NCBI GenBank assembly: GCA_951406725.2
Contig: OX597814.1
Location: forward strand, 16,926,001-16,990,000
Length of the DNA: 64,000 nt
Source of the DNA: Octopus vulgaris
Taxonomy: Eukaryota
Direction: 5' to 3'
Below, one piece after another: positions 37,268 to 54,765 of this stretch. The notes under the pieces are model-generated. The model made no database searches. It saw only the letters and a program-made list of their open reading frames with translations, and was not told where the DNA came from. Each line of letters opens with the position of its first letter. Position 1 is the first letter of the stretch. Made by a program: the position numbers and the translations under genes.

Positions 37268-37393
37268 ATCCTCGTCGCCACTGTTATATCTCACGTTCGG
37301 ATGACCTCTACTCAACTCCGACGTCTAGATTTGTCCCTCTATATCTACGTATTGGGCTAGCCTACTTCATCGTCTGGGGACGTCCACACAACA
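37268..37393 (-). mobile_element. 112-bp Gypsy (Mag-like) LTR with tRNA-Ser(GCU) primer-binding site
   Basis: Minus strand TGTTGTGT(37393)...ATATAACA(37282)-G-TGGCGACGAGGAT(37280-37268); the PBS is complementary to the ATCCTCGTCG-CCA 3' end of animal tRNA-Ser(GCT). Confidence 0.85.
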
Positions 37394-37409
37394 GTGAATG
37401 CATATGCGC

Positions 37410-37446
<37 letters not shown>

Positions 37447-37465
37447 ACACACACACACACACACT

Positions 37466-37496
<31 letters not shown>

Positions 37497-37734
37497 ACAC
37501 ACACACACACATTGATATTGATATTGCATGAATTTTATAAACTTTCGAGAAAGCGTGAAATAATATGTAGGGTGTGAGGTGGAATACTTGATCTCGAAGT
37601 AGACATAAAGCTATAAATAATAGCTTTTCGATAGTGGATGTGGGTGCGTGTCCCAAGTGTAACCTTCGACTTGTGGTACCCAAAATGTCGCTTTCAACAC
37701 AATATTTATATGTCGTTATTGTAACTTTTTCTCG

Positions 37735-37940
37735 GGCGGAGTGATGGCAGAATCCGTTGGCACGCTAGTCAAAATGCTTAACGGCATTTCTTTCGTTCTA
37801 TCTTTCTGAGTTCAAGTACCATCGCAGTTGCACTACGGGGTAGAAAATTAAGGATTAGTTAAGAACTGGGGTCGACATAAGACTAGCCTCTACTTAAAAC
37901 TTGATCTCGCCAAAATGTCTAGCCTTGTAATAGAAAAGAT
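37735..37940 (+). mobile_element. Degenerate SINE family A
   Basis: GGCGGAGTGATGGCAGAATCCGTT...CTGAGTTCAAGTACC. Confidence 0.55.
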
Positions 37941-37982
37941 TATTATAGATTTTTTGTCTACTTCATAATCCACTATATGTAT

Positions 37983-38358
37983 AGGAGTGGCTGTTTGGTA
38001 GGTAGTTGCTTAACAACCACATGGTTCCGGGTTCAGTCCCACTGCGTGGCACCTTGGGCAAGTGTCTTCTACTATAGCCTCGGGCCGACCAAAGCATTGC
38101 GAGTGGATTTGGTTGACAGAAACTGAAAGAAGCCCGTCGTATATATGTATATGTATGTGTCTGTGTTTGTGTGCCTGTGTTTGTCCCACACAACATCGCT
38201 TAACAACCGATACGGGTATGTTTACGTCCCCGTAACTTAGCGTTTCGGCAAAAGAGACCGATAGAATAAGTACTGGGGTCAATTTCCTCGAATAAAGGCG
38301 GTGCTCCAGCATGGCCGCAGTCAAATCACTGAAACAACTAAAAGAGTAAAAGAGAGAG
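37983..38358 (+). mobile_element. SINE family B
   Basis: Head-to-tail match with a short internal deletion. Confidence 0.85.
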
Positions 38359-38863
38359 TATATATATACATACATATACATATACATATACATATCTGTG
38401 TGTCTGTTACACACACATACACGCACACACACACATATATATATATATGTGCGTGTGTGTCTGTGTATTTATGTATGTATACGCATGTATGTTTATACTT
38501 ATTCGTGTCTATGTTTTTATGGCTATGTGTGTATGCATATGAACAAATATATTTTTGTGTGTAACTTATTTATCTTCAGTAGCTCTCATTTTGAAAATGC
38601 CTTATTTTTTTTTCTTTAGTAATTTTGTTGCATTGTGCACACTACGTTGTCTGTGTCCTAGAGTCAGTTTATAGGTGTTCCTGTACGTGTACGCATTTAT
38701 ATGCTTGTATGTGTGTGTGTATGTTATATGGTGGGTGCGTACATGCGTGTGTTTCTGGTTTTGTGTCCTATTCGTTTTACGATGCTTCTATTATGTTTAG
38801 ATTTATTTATTTTTAATTGATTCGTCCATCTGCCGACTCTATTCTTGTGTGTGTGTATGCATA

Positions 38864-38899
<36 letters not shown>

Positions 38900-39025
38900 C
38901 GTGTTTGTAGGTGTGTGTGCGCGCGCGTGCGCTTATGTGTTTGCGTGTATATAAATTTATACACATACATGTACGTGCATATATATATGTATTTGTAAGT
39001 ATATATGCACGTCAGTATATATATA

Positions 39026-39078
<53 letters not shown>

Positions 39079-39189
39079 GTATATGTATATATGTATATAT
39101 GTATGTATATATATATGCGTGTGGATTGTATATGTGTGGGTGTATATTTATGTGTTTGCAGATACATAAACTTATACGCATACATATAC

Positions 39190-39241
<52 letters not shown>

Positions 39242-40004
39242 TTAAATGTACCTGTTTCTGTGTGTATGTACATTCATACATATATGAACTCATCCATATA
39301 TACATACATAATTCGGGGGAGTCTACATATTTTATATATTTCTTTCAGTCAGCAGACAACATAGGGAAAGGAACCTCAGCCATAAATGTCACGAGATCAG
39401 GCTATTCTTTATACACAGTCAATAATGTAGTTTATGCTAAGCAAAACCGGGACAAAAGCAGCAGCGATTTCGTATTCTGTTTTATTGTAAACGAGAGCGG
39501 AAACTTTTGTTGGCGTATTATCCTTCGTCGTTTATTTTACTTGTGTAAGGGCGTGAAAAAACAATTGTGGCCGGTCTGTATATCAATGAACACTCTTCAG
39601 AGCACTAGTTTTCTAAACAGTGAATTATGTTGTTCATTCTCTCTTAGTCTCGCATATCTTTCCTTTTCTCATTCTTTCCCTCTCTCTCACTTCATCCATG
39701 CATACGTGTTTAACTTGCATACATCAACCCATAGACATACGAAGTATTTCTCTTATTTTGCTTTTGATATTTTCCTTGTTTCAGTCATTGAACTGCGGCC
39801 ATACAGAGTTACTGCCTGTAAAGGATTAGTAAAAAAAAATCGACAGCAGTACATTAAAAAAAAAAATTCTGCGAGTTATTTTAAGGGTCTGTTTTGTCGG
39901 ACAGTTAAGTTTCCTGCCGTAAAGAAACCTACAACGGTTGTCAAGCAATGGTAGCGAACAAACACAACAGTTTACACACAAAGACACCCCCACATGCACA
40001 CACG

Positions 40005-40056
<52 letters not shown>

Positions 40057-40099
40057 TACACACAAACACACACACAAACACAGACAAACACACACACGT

Positions 40100-40360
40100 G
40101 ACCGATCAAGCTATCAGATGTTGCTACACATCGCCGGTCACATTGTTTTAGCCTTCAAATGACGCAACCCCGCTGGATAAACGAGAAGGCCAACAGTAGA
40201 AAGAGAACAGTAGGAATCGCCACCACTCCCTGCCGGAGCCGCATGGAGCTTTAGGTGTTTTCGCTCAATAAACACTCACAACACCCGGTCTGGGAATCGA
40301 AACCGTGATCCTACGACCGCAAGTTCGCTGCCCTAACAACTGGGCCATTGCGCCTCCACA
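40100..40360 (-). mobile_element. SINE with family C head and a different 3' part
   Basis: 40225-40358 is the reverse complement of the family C head; 40100-40225 does not match the family C body. Confidence 0.75.
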
Positions 40361-40460
40361 AGTGTACATATATGTATTCTAACTATGTGTGTATGCACGT
40401 ATCTTTCAATCTGTCTCTCACACGCGCGCTCTCACTTTCTCTCTCACTTATAATAAGTGT

Positions 40461-43600
<3,140 letters not shown>

Positions 43601-43624
43601 TAATACTATTACTACTAATAATGT

Positions 43625-43835
43625 CTTCAAAATTTGCCACAAGTGCAACTATTTTCGGGGAACGGGATGTATCGATTACATCGACCGCTGTGTTCAACTG
43701 CTATTGTTTTATCGACCCCGAAAGAATGAGAGGCAAAGCTGACCTCGGCGGAATTTGAACTCAGAACATAAAGCCGGACTAAATGCCGCTAATCATTTAG
43801 CTCGGCGTGCTAACGATTGTCAGCTCACCCCCTTA
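43625..43835 (-). mobile_element. SINE family A (diverged)
   Basis: ATCGACCCCGAAAG...GACCTCGGCGGAATTTGAACTCAG. Confidence 0.75.
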
Positions 43836-43839
43836 ATAA

Positions 43840-45087
<1,248 letters not shown>

Positions 45088-45385
45088 ATATTCATACCTG
45101 CCTACTAGCACTCACGCATACACACTTTCGTTAAAGGAATTTTTTTTTACGTTCTCCACTGCAGGTTTTTACGACGCTAGGACGCAATTTTAAGAAATGT
45201 AGCTGCTGTTTCTAGGATGATGAACGACTGCCTGTAGAGTCCAATGATGTGATAGTTTAGGAACTTTTTCGCTAAGCCGACTTTGCTTCAAATTCTTTAG
45301 TCTGGACTGATGCTTATATTCCATTATTTTTGATTATTGTTATTTATTACAGCTTATACCCTAATCGTTATTCAACGTATTTTTC

Positions 45386-46412
45386 CTAGCGGGACCCGTG
45401 AATATTTCACGGAATTAATGGTAAACCTATATAATACGTATAATATATATAATATGTATTAGGCTTACAAACAATAAATCCTTGGGTTGATTTGTTCGAC
45501 TAAAGGCGGTGCTCCAGCACAGCCACATTCGAATGACAAACAAATAAAAGGATAAAAGAATAATTCGCAGGCATATACGTAAACAGTTACCAATCCAAGA
45601 AATTTTAAATGACAGCTTTCCTTTTATTTGGGAATCTAGGACAAGATGGTAGTGAGTGGACCAGTTCAGAGAAAAGAGGGGATGCGATGAACATATAGTC
45701 ACTGAAGATGCAACAGAATGAGTGACGAGGAAACTCTGACAAATATACTTATAACGAGCAAAAGCCCCCCCTCCCTCCACTTCTCGTCCAATGGACGGTG
45801 CCGAGTTGTCAAACATTTAAACCAAATTTTCTCAAAACATCTTGTCCGACCGTCCCATAGGCCTCCCCTTTGAGAAACACTGATTTAACCTAAATTTGAG
45901 ATACCAAACAGGCCGGCTTTTTTGCGTAAACTGTGCATGCATTCTTCTCGTGTACGCGTAGTATCGATCGCCACGACTAATGTACTTTATGCGTACAAAT
46001 GCACGTTCCCACGGCTTTATCGATCGCATTCTCACCTGGAATCTATTTTTGTAATTTTTTCAAGACTTATTCACGCCCTGATACCGTCGGTAAGCTGGCT
46101 GAAACGTTAGCACGCCGGGCGAAATGCGTAGCCGTATTTCGTCTGCCGCTACGTTCTGAGTTCAACTTCCGCCGAGGTCGACTTTGCTTTTCATCCTTTC
46201 GGGGTCGATAAATTAAGTACCAGTTACGCACTGGGGTCGATATAATCGACTTAATCCGTGTGTCTGTCTTTGTTTGTCCCCTCTGTGTTTAACCCCTTGT
46301 GAGTAGTAAAGAAATAGGTAGCTACATATCAAATTTGAGCGCAATCGGATGGAGGATGCCTGAGATCCTAGAAGACACACACACACAAACAGAATGGATT
46401 TTATATAACAGA
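45386..46412 (-). mobile_element. Non-autonomous Helitron-like element with nested SINE pieces
   Basis: CTAG at 45386-45389 next to hairpin CCGTGAA-TAT-TTCACGG; minus-strand TCTGTTATATAAAA 5' end at 46412; contains a SINE B tail (~45465-45560) and a SINE A (46090-46318). Confidence 0.6.
46090..46318 (+). mobile_element. SINE family A
   Basis: Full match to 16238-16470. Confidence 0.85.
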
Positions 46413-47619
46413 TAAATCTAAAGTAACGATTAAATAAATAGTGCGGTAAAATGACAATCCACAAATATAACGATATCAGTTTCAGCTCATGATTTCACAC
46501 CAAAAATCTTACAAATTAAATACATAAACGTATAGATTTTCTATGGAATCGAATGATGTGTCTATTGCTACGGTACGAAATACGAGTATTTCTCCTGACC
46601 GTCGTAAGTTGCAAATACGTTTACAGATTCGCACACATTAACCAATCCTCTTTGTCACAAATACACACTCTTCTACATACACCAGCACACACGCTCACAA
46701 CACACACACACACACACTCATGAAGCATACAATCGGTAAGATGACCTTGTCCTGGCTTCGCCATGCCTATCCTATCGTGGTCTGCCCTGCTTGTTTAACC
46801 ATGTCCACACGACGTTATTATTAGCTCTCCTTCTCATTTTTTTGAATGCTCAGCATACTTTAATGCTCCGCTGAACAGACAAATGACGCTGTGATTAATA
46901 GATAAACAGTGCCGTAGACGGGGATGTTGGGGGATGTGTTGACTTTTCTTTTCTTTATAGAAGGGAAGGACGTTAAAAGGGATTGGTTGGGGACAGTGTA
47001 AGTGCTAGGACTTCGGCCGGTCAGCGTATATGCTACACCTCAGCCTAAATTAGTAGTCAAGAAATTCCTAGTACATAATGCTTTTCTTTTTCTTTTCTCT
47101 CGCACTTCTTTCTTTCTCTCTTTCTCTATCTTTCTCTCTTTCTCTCTTTCTCTTTATCATTCTTTCTTTTTTCTTTCCTTTTAAGACTTTGTCATGCAAA
47201 ACGTTAGCTGATGAGAAGATTCAGATAGGAGGGAGGAAATGTGACAGGGTGAGAGAGGGAAAGCGTGTGTGTGTGAGAGAAAGAGAATGTGTGTGTGACC
47301 GAAAGAGAGGGAGGGAGAGAGAGAGAGAGTGTGTGTGCGTGCGTGCGGCTGTGTGAACGCGTGTGTCTGTATCTGTGTTTATGTGTGTGTGTGTCTGTGT
47401 GAGAGAAAGAGAGAGAGAGAAAGAGTTGAAAGTGAGAAAGACAGAGAGGGAAAGAGGGACAGAAAAAAAGTCAGTGAAAGTGATAGAAGTTTGGGTAGCA
47501 ATTTTCAACTTAGGAACCAGTATATTAGATCCAAAGTGAGTAGCGGTTTCCCGGATTAGGTAGTATATATATTTCCTGCCACTGTATGGAACACCGTTCC
47601 GCCAAATGTTTGCTTACAT

Positions 47620-47760
47620 TTTCGAGCTGAGTAGACTGGAGCAATATGAAATGAAGTGTTTTATTCAACAACCTAATGCATTACTCTGTCCAGGAATCGA
47701 AACCACAATCTTACGGCTATGACTGCAACACCCCTAAACTCTAAGCCACTTGCCTTCACA
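47620..47760 (-). mobile_element. Family D-like SINE head fragment
   Basis: GCTGAGTAGACTGGAGCAA core; GGTTTCGATTCCTGG B box on minus strand. Confidence 0.6.
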
Positions 47761-47785
47761 AGTGAAAGAATAGAAAGTGAACATA

Positions 47786-48168
47786 GGCGCAGGAGTGGCT
47801 GTGTGGTAAGTAGCTTGCTAACCAACCACATGGTTCTGGGTTCAGTCCCACTGCGTGGCATCTTGGGCAAGTGTCTTCTGCTATAGCCTCGGCCGACCAA
47901 TGCCTTGTGAGTGGATTTGGTAGACGGAAACTAAAAGAAGCCTGTCGTATATATGCATATATATATGTATGTATGTGTATGTATATGTTTGTATGCTGGT
48001 GTGTTTACGTCCCCGTCACTTAGCGGTTCAGCAAAAGGAGACCGATAGAATAAGTACTGGGCTTACAAAAGAATAAGTCCCAGGGTCGATTTGCTCGACT
48101 AAAGGCGGTGCTCCAGCATGGCCGCAGTCAAATGACTGAAACAAGTAAAAGAGTAAAGAGTAAAGAGT
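47786..48168 (+). mobile_element. SINE family B flanked by a ~116-bp direct duplication
   Basis: Flanks 47670-47785 and 48169-48254 (right copy lacks 30 bp). Confidence 0.9.
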
Positions 48169-48981
48169 AACCTAATGCATTACTCTGTCCAGGAATCGAA
48201 ACCACAATCTTAAGCCACTTGCCTTCACAAGTGAAAGACTAGAAAGTGAACATAAACTATCACAGCTGATTTATGTACATGGTCATATTTTAAAATGACA
48301 GGGTGTAATTTCAATGAGATTTTGTTTCGTTATTTGTAGCAGATGAAACAAACTGGTAGAATATCCTCATTTATTCGGATGCCATGCAATAATTCATGTT
48401 AGTCCTACGTACAAAGGCATTCAAGCTATGGCCAACTCATTTTTCATATATCAATGACTATGATTCTCCAGAGTGACCTTCTCATATTCAAGACACAAGA
48501 GTGTGATTTCAGGAAGATTTACATCCGATTCCATGAAAGCAAGCAAATGCTTAGAGACTCCCTATTTGACTAAAATTGAGATATGTTGCTTTTCATCCGA
48601 TTTTCCAACAAGTGAAGTCTGAATATTGCATTCTGAAAGAAACACAAGTTAATATACAGTATTGGAGATACCTCGAACTGTATATTATAAGGAAAAAAAT
48701 TGCAGAAACAACTCAAGCCATATCATAAGCCAATCTATAAAGGTAATTACGGTGTAGATAAGGATTTATATTTGTGGGTGTCCTCTAGAAATTTCACACA
48801 CACAAGTAGATTAATTAATGTGGCAATACAAAAGTGCACTGACTCATGTAGGTAATAATTCGAATATCAAAAAAAAGAAGCGTCTGTAATTTCTTGTAAG
48901 TTTCGGCGGATTAAACACACCAACATCGGTTATCAACCGATTGTGGGGGTACAAACTCAGACACACAAAAACATACATGAC

Positions 48982-49049
<68 letters not shown>

Positions 49050-49061
<12 letters not shown>

Positions 49062-49335
49062 GTAAAAGTGAGGTTGTGTGTCTGTCTCCTACGATTTAGA
49101 TTCCTAACTACTCCCACATTTTGCGGTGCAGTTTAACCAAATTCGGGTATCTTATAGTCGTGATTCATATCGAGCCCGTCTGGGTATTAGCGCGCGGCTA
49201 CAATGAGTCTACGATTTTAAAAATAATTTAACATCATTTTTTTCCATTTAAACGCATATTTTTCGTGTGTCGATGGCGGCGGAGTTGGCGTCCATGCTCA
49301 CACCTGCACCTGTGTTGCTTCTCCTCCTTCTTCCC
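49050..49335 (+). mobile_element. Helitron-like 5' region leading into tandem arrays
   Basis: (TA)n-TAAAAGTGAGGTTGTGTGTCTGTCT...AACTACTCCCACATTTT...ACCAAATTCGG resembles 5' ends of non-autonomous Helitrons; no 3' CTRR end in the window. Confidence 0.4.
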
Positions 49336-49336
49336 T

Positions 49337-49943
49337 TTCGCGCATGCGCAGTCACACGTCCGCGCATGTACACGCACACCATCGCGAATGCGCACGCACA
49401 CGTTCGCGCATCCGCAGTCACACTTTCGCGCATGCGCAGTCACACGTTCGCGCATGCAAAGGAACACGTTCAAGCATGCGCAGTCACATGTTTGTGCATG
49501 CGGAGACACACATTCACGCATGCGCAGTCACACTTTCGCGCATGCGCAGTCACACGTTCGCGCTCAAGCACACAAACGTTCACGCATGCGCAGTCAAACG
49601 TTCGCGCTTGCGCACGTAAACGATCGCGCATGCGCAGTCACACGTTTGAACATACGCAGTCACACTTTCGCGCATGCGCACGCACACGTTCGCGCATGCG
49701 CAGTCAAACGTTCGCGCTTCCGCACGAAAACGTTCGCGATGCGCAGTCACAGTTTCGTGCATCCACTGTCACACTTTCGCGCATGCGCAGTCACACCTTC
49801 GCGCATGCACACACACACGTTCGCGCATCCGGGACCACACTTTCGCACATGCGCTGTCGCACTTTCGAGCATGCGCAGCCACACGTTCGTGCATGCGCAG
49901 GCGCACGTTCACGCATGCGCAGTCACGATTTCGCGCATGCACA
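49337..49943 (+). repeat. 22-bp CpG-rich minisatellite (TTCGCGCATGCGCAGTCACACG)n, ~27 units
   Basis: Direct reading; seven exact GCGCATGCGC palindromes counted plus variants. Confidence 0.95.
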
Positions 49944-51069
49944 TTCAGAAATAGCCAACACAAAAAGCCAACCTAAATAGCCAACACAAATAACCTAGCC
50001 AAGCCAAATAGCAAACCAAAATAGCCAACCCAAATGGCCAACCCAAATAGCCAACCCAAATAGCCTAGCCGAATAGCCAAGCCAAAAAGCCAACCCAAAT
50101 AGGAAACACAAATAGCCAACCCCACCAGCCAAGCCAAAAAGCCAAGCCAAATAGCATATCCAAATAGCTGAGCCAAATAGCAAACACAAATAGCCAACAC
50201 AAATAGCCAACCCAAAAAGCCAAACCAAATAGCTAACGCAAAAAGCCAACCCAAATAGCCAACCAACATAGCAAACACAAATAGCCAAACCAAAGAGCCT
50301 AGCCAAATAGCCAACACAAAAAGCAAAGCCAAATAGCCAACTCAAATAGCAAACCCAAATAGCCAACCCAAATAGCCTAACCAAATCGGCAACTCAAATA
50401 GCCATCCCAAGTAGCCAACCCAAATAACCAAGCCAAATAGCCAGCTCAAATAGCAAACCCAAATAGCCAACCCAAATCGCCTGGCCAATTAGCCAAGCCA
50501 AATAGCAAACCCAAATAGCTAACACAAATAGCAAACACAAATACCCAACACAAATAGCCAACTCAAATAGCCTAGCCAAATAGCCAACACAAAAAGCCAA
50601 TCCAAATAGCCAACTCATATAGCCGACATAAATAGCCAAGCCAAATAACCTAGCCAAGTAGCCAAGTAGCCAAGCCAAATAGCCAAACCAAAAAGCACAC
50701 ACAAAACGCCAACCCAAATAGCCAAGCCAAAAAGCCAAGTCAAATAGCAAACCCAAATAACCAACCCAAATAGCCAACCCAAATAGCCAACCCAAATAGA
50801 CAACCCAAATAGCCTAGCCAAATAGCCAACCCAAGAAGACAATCCAAATAGCTAAATCAAATAGCCAACCCAAATAGCCCACCCAAATAACCTAGCGAAA
50901 TAGCCAAACCAAATAGCAAACCCAAAAAGTCGACCCAAATAGCCAACCCAAATAGCCAACCCAAATAGCCAAACCAAATAGCCAACCCAAATAGCCAACC
51001 CAAATAGCCAAGCTAAATAGCCAAACCAAATAGCAAACCCAAATAGGAAACGCAAATAGCCAACACAAA

Positions 51070-51663
51070 TTTGGGTTTGCTATTTGGGTTTCCTCTTTGT
51101 GTTGTCTATTTGGCATAGCTATTTGGCATGGCTATTTTTCTTGGCTATTTGGCTTGGCTATTTGGGTTGGCTATTTGTATTTGCTATTAGGGTTGGCTAT
51201 TTGTGTTGGCAATTTGTGTTTCCTACGTGAGTTGGCTATTTGGGTTGGCTATTTGGCTTAGCTATGTGTGTTGGCTATTTGGGTTTGCTATTTGGCTTGG
51301 CAATTTGGCTTGGCTATTTGGCTTCGTTATTTGGGTTTGCTATTTGGGTATGCTATTTGTGGTGGCTATTTGGCTAGGCTATTTGGCTTGGCAATTTGGC
51401 TTGGCTATTTGGGTTGGCTTTTTCAGTTGGCTATTTGGCTTGGTTATTTCGGTTAGCTATTTGCGTTTGATATTTGGGTTGAATATTTGTCTTTGCTATT
51501 TGGCTTGGCTAATTTGCTTGGCTATATGGGTTGGCTAATTGTATTTCCTATTTGGGTTGGCTATTTGTATTTCCTATTTGGTTTTGCTGTTAGTGTTGGC
51601 TATTTGGCTTAGCTATTTGGTTGGTCATTTGGCTTGGATATTTGTGTTGGCTATTTGTGTTTG
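51070..51663 (-). repeat. Inverted satellite block 1
   Basis: Strand switches at CAAA|TTTG (51069/51070) and TTTG|CAAA (51663/51664). Confidence 0.95.
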
Positions 51664-52518
51664 CAAAAACAAATAGCCAACCCAAATAGCCAAGCCAAAT
51701 GACCAAGCCATGTAGCCTAGCCAAATAGCTAAGCGAAATAGCCAACACAAATAGCATACACAAAAAGCCAACCCAAATAGACAAGTCAAATAGCAAACTC
51801 AAGTAGGAAACACAAATAGCCAACCCAAATAGGTAACCCAAATAGCAAACACAAATAACCATCCCAAATAGCCAAGCCAAATAGCCTAGCCAAATAGTTA
51901 AGCCAAATACCCAACACTAATAGCAAGCCCAAATAGACAAGTCAAATAGCCAACCCAAATAGCACACACAAATAGCCAACCCAAATAGCCAAGCCAAATA
52001 GCCAAGCAAATAGCAAACCCAAATAGCCAAGCCCAATAGCCAAGCCAAAAAGCAAACCCAAATAGCTAACACAAATAGCAAACACAAATAGGCAATCCAA
52101 ATAGCCTAGCCAAATAGCCAACCCAAAAAAGCCAATCCAAATAGCCAACTCATATAGCCAACATAAATAGCCAACCCAAATAACCTAGCCAAGTAGCCAA
52201 GCCAAATAGCCAACCCAAAAAGCACACACAAAAAGCCAACCCAAATAGCCAAGCCAAAAAGCCAACCCAAATAGCCAACCCAAATAGACAACCCAAATAG
52301 CCTAGCCAAAGAGCCAACCCAAGAAGACAATCCAAATAGCCAAATCAAATAGCCAACCCAAATAGCCCACCCAAATAACCTAGCGAAATAGCCAAGCCAA
52401 ATAGCAAAACCAAAAAGCCCACCCAAATAGCCAAGCCAAATAGCCAACCCAAATAGCCAAGCTAAATAGCCAAGCCAAAGAGCAAACCCAAATAGGAAAC
52501 TCAAATAGCCAACACAAA

Positions 52519-53084
52519 TTTGGGTTTGCTATTTTGGTTTCCTATTTGTGTTGGCTATTTGGCATAGCTATTTGGCTAGGCTATTTTTTGGCTATTTGGC
52601 TTGGCTATTTGGGTTGGCTATTTGTATTTGCTATTAGGTTTGACTATTTGTGTTGGCAATTTGTGTTTCCTACGTGAATTGGCTATTTGGGTTTGCTATT
52701 TGGCTTAGGTATTTGTGTTGGATATTTGGGTTTGCTATTTGGCTTGGCAATTTGGCTTGGCTATTTGGCTTGGTTATTTGGGTTTGCTATTTGGGTATGC
52801 TATTTGTGGTGGCTATTTGGCTTAGCTATTTGGCTAGGCAATTTGGCTTGGCAATTTGGCTTGGCTATTTGGGTTGGCTTTTTCATTTGGTTATTTGGTT
52901 GGCTATTTCGGTTAGCTATTTGGGTTTGATAATTGGGTTGGCTATTTGTCTTTGCTATTTTGCTTGGCTAATTTGCTTGGCTAATTGGGTTGGCTATTTG
53001 GGTTTGCTATTAGTGTTGGCTATATGGCTTAGCTATTTGGCTTGGTCATTTGGCTTGGATATTTGTGTTGGCTATTTGTGTTTG
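52519..53084 (-). repeat. Inverted satellite block 2
   Basis: Same junction sequences as block 1. Confidence 0.95.
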
Positions 53085-54765
53085 CAAAGACAAATAGCCA
53101 ACCCAAATTGCAAAGCCAAATGACCAAGCCATATAGCATAGCCAAATAGCTAAGCGAAATAGCCAACACAAATAGCATACCCAAAAAGCCAACCCAAGTA
53201 GCCAAGCCAAATAGCAAACCCAAGTAGGAAACACAAATAGCCAACCCAAAGAGATAACCCAAATAGCAAACACAAATAGCCAACCAAAAATGCCAAGCCA
53301 AATAGCCTAGTCAAATAGCTAGGCCAAATACCCAACACTAATAGCAAGCCCAAATAGTCAAGTCTAAAAGCCAACCCAAATAGCACACACAAATAGCCAA
53401 CCCAAATAGCCAAGCCAAATAGCAAACCCAAAGAGCCAACCTAAATAGCCAACCCAAATAGCCAAGCCCAATAGCCAAGCCAAAAAGCAAACCCAAATAG
53501 TCAACCCAAAAAGGCAACCCAAATAGCCAAGACAAATAGCAAACACAAATAATCAAGCCAAATAGCCAAGCCAAATAGCTAAGCCAAATAGCCTAGCCAA
53601 ATAGCGAAGCCAAATAGCCTAGCCAAATAACAAAGCCAAAAAGCCAACACAAATAGCATGCCCAAATAGCCAAGCCAAATTGGCAAGACAAATAGCAAAC
53701 ACAAATAGCCAAACCATATAGCCAAGCCAAATAGACAAGCCAAATAGCATAGCCAAATAGCAAACCCAAATAGCCAACCCAAATAGCCAAATAGCGAAGC
53801 CAAATAGCAAACACAAATAGCCAACACAAATAGCCAAGCCAAACAGCCAAGCCAAATAGCCCACCCAAATAGCCAACTCAAATAGCCAACCCAAATAGCC
53901 TAGCCGAATAGCCAAGCCAAAAAACCAACCCAAATAGGAAACACAAATAGCCAACCCAACCAGCCAAGCCAAAAAGCCAAGCCAAATAGCCTATCGAAAT
54001 AGCTAAGCCAAATAGCAAACACAAATAGCCAACCCAAATAGCCAACCCAAAAAGCCAAGCCAAATAGCTAACCCAAACAGCCAACCCAAATAGCCAACCA
54101 ATATTGCAAACACAAATAGCAACCCAAAGAGCCTAGCCAAATAGCAAACACAAAAAGCGAAGCCAAATAGCCAGCTCAAATAGCAAACCCAAATAGCCAA
54201 CCCAAATAGCCAAGCCAAATCGGCAACTGAAATAGCCATCCCAAGTAGCCAACCCAAATAACCAAGCCAAATAGCCAACTGAAATAGCAAACCCAAATAT
54301 CCAACCCAAATAGCCTAGCTAAATAGCCAAACCAAAAAACCAATCCAAATAGCCAACTCTTAAAGCCAACATAAATAGCCAACCGAAATAACCTAACCAA
54401 GTAGCCAAGCCAAATTGCCAACCCAAAAAGCACACACAAAAAGCAAACCCAAATAGCCAAGCCAAAAAGCCAAACCAAATAGCAAACCCAAATAACCAAC
54501 CCAAATAGCCAACCCAAATAGCCAACCCAAATAGACAACCCAAATAGCCTAGCCAAATAGCCAACCCAAGAAGACAATCCAAATAGCCAAATCAAATAGC
54601 CAACACAAATAGACCACCCAAATAACCTAGAGAGTTAGCCAAGCCAAATAGGAAACTCAAATAGCCCACCCAAACAGCCAAGCCAAATAGCCAACACAAA
54701 TAGCCAAGCTAAATAGCCAGGCAAAATAGCAAACCCAAATAGGAAACGCAAATAGCCAACACAAA

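Noticed and set aside
38911-39954. 347-aa ORF and a TTTCAG acceptor at 39348
   Set aside because: Mostly dinucleotide repeat; the rest has no recognisable domain or clear donor site.
49234-49980. Overlapping 229-237 aa His/Arg/Ala-rich ORFs
   Set aside because: Product of the stop-poor 22-bp repeat, open in several frames on both strands.
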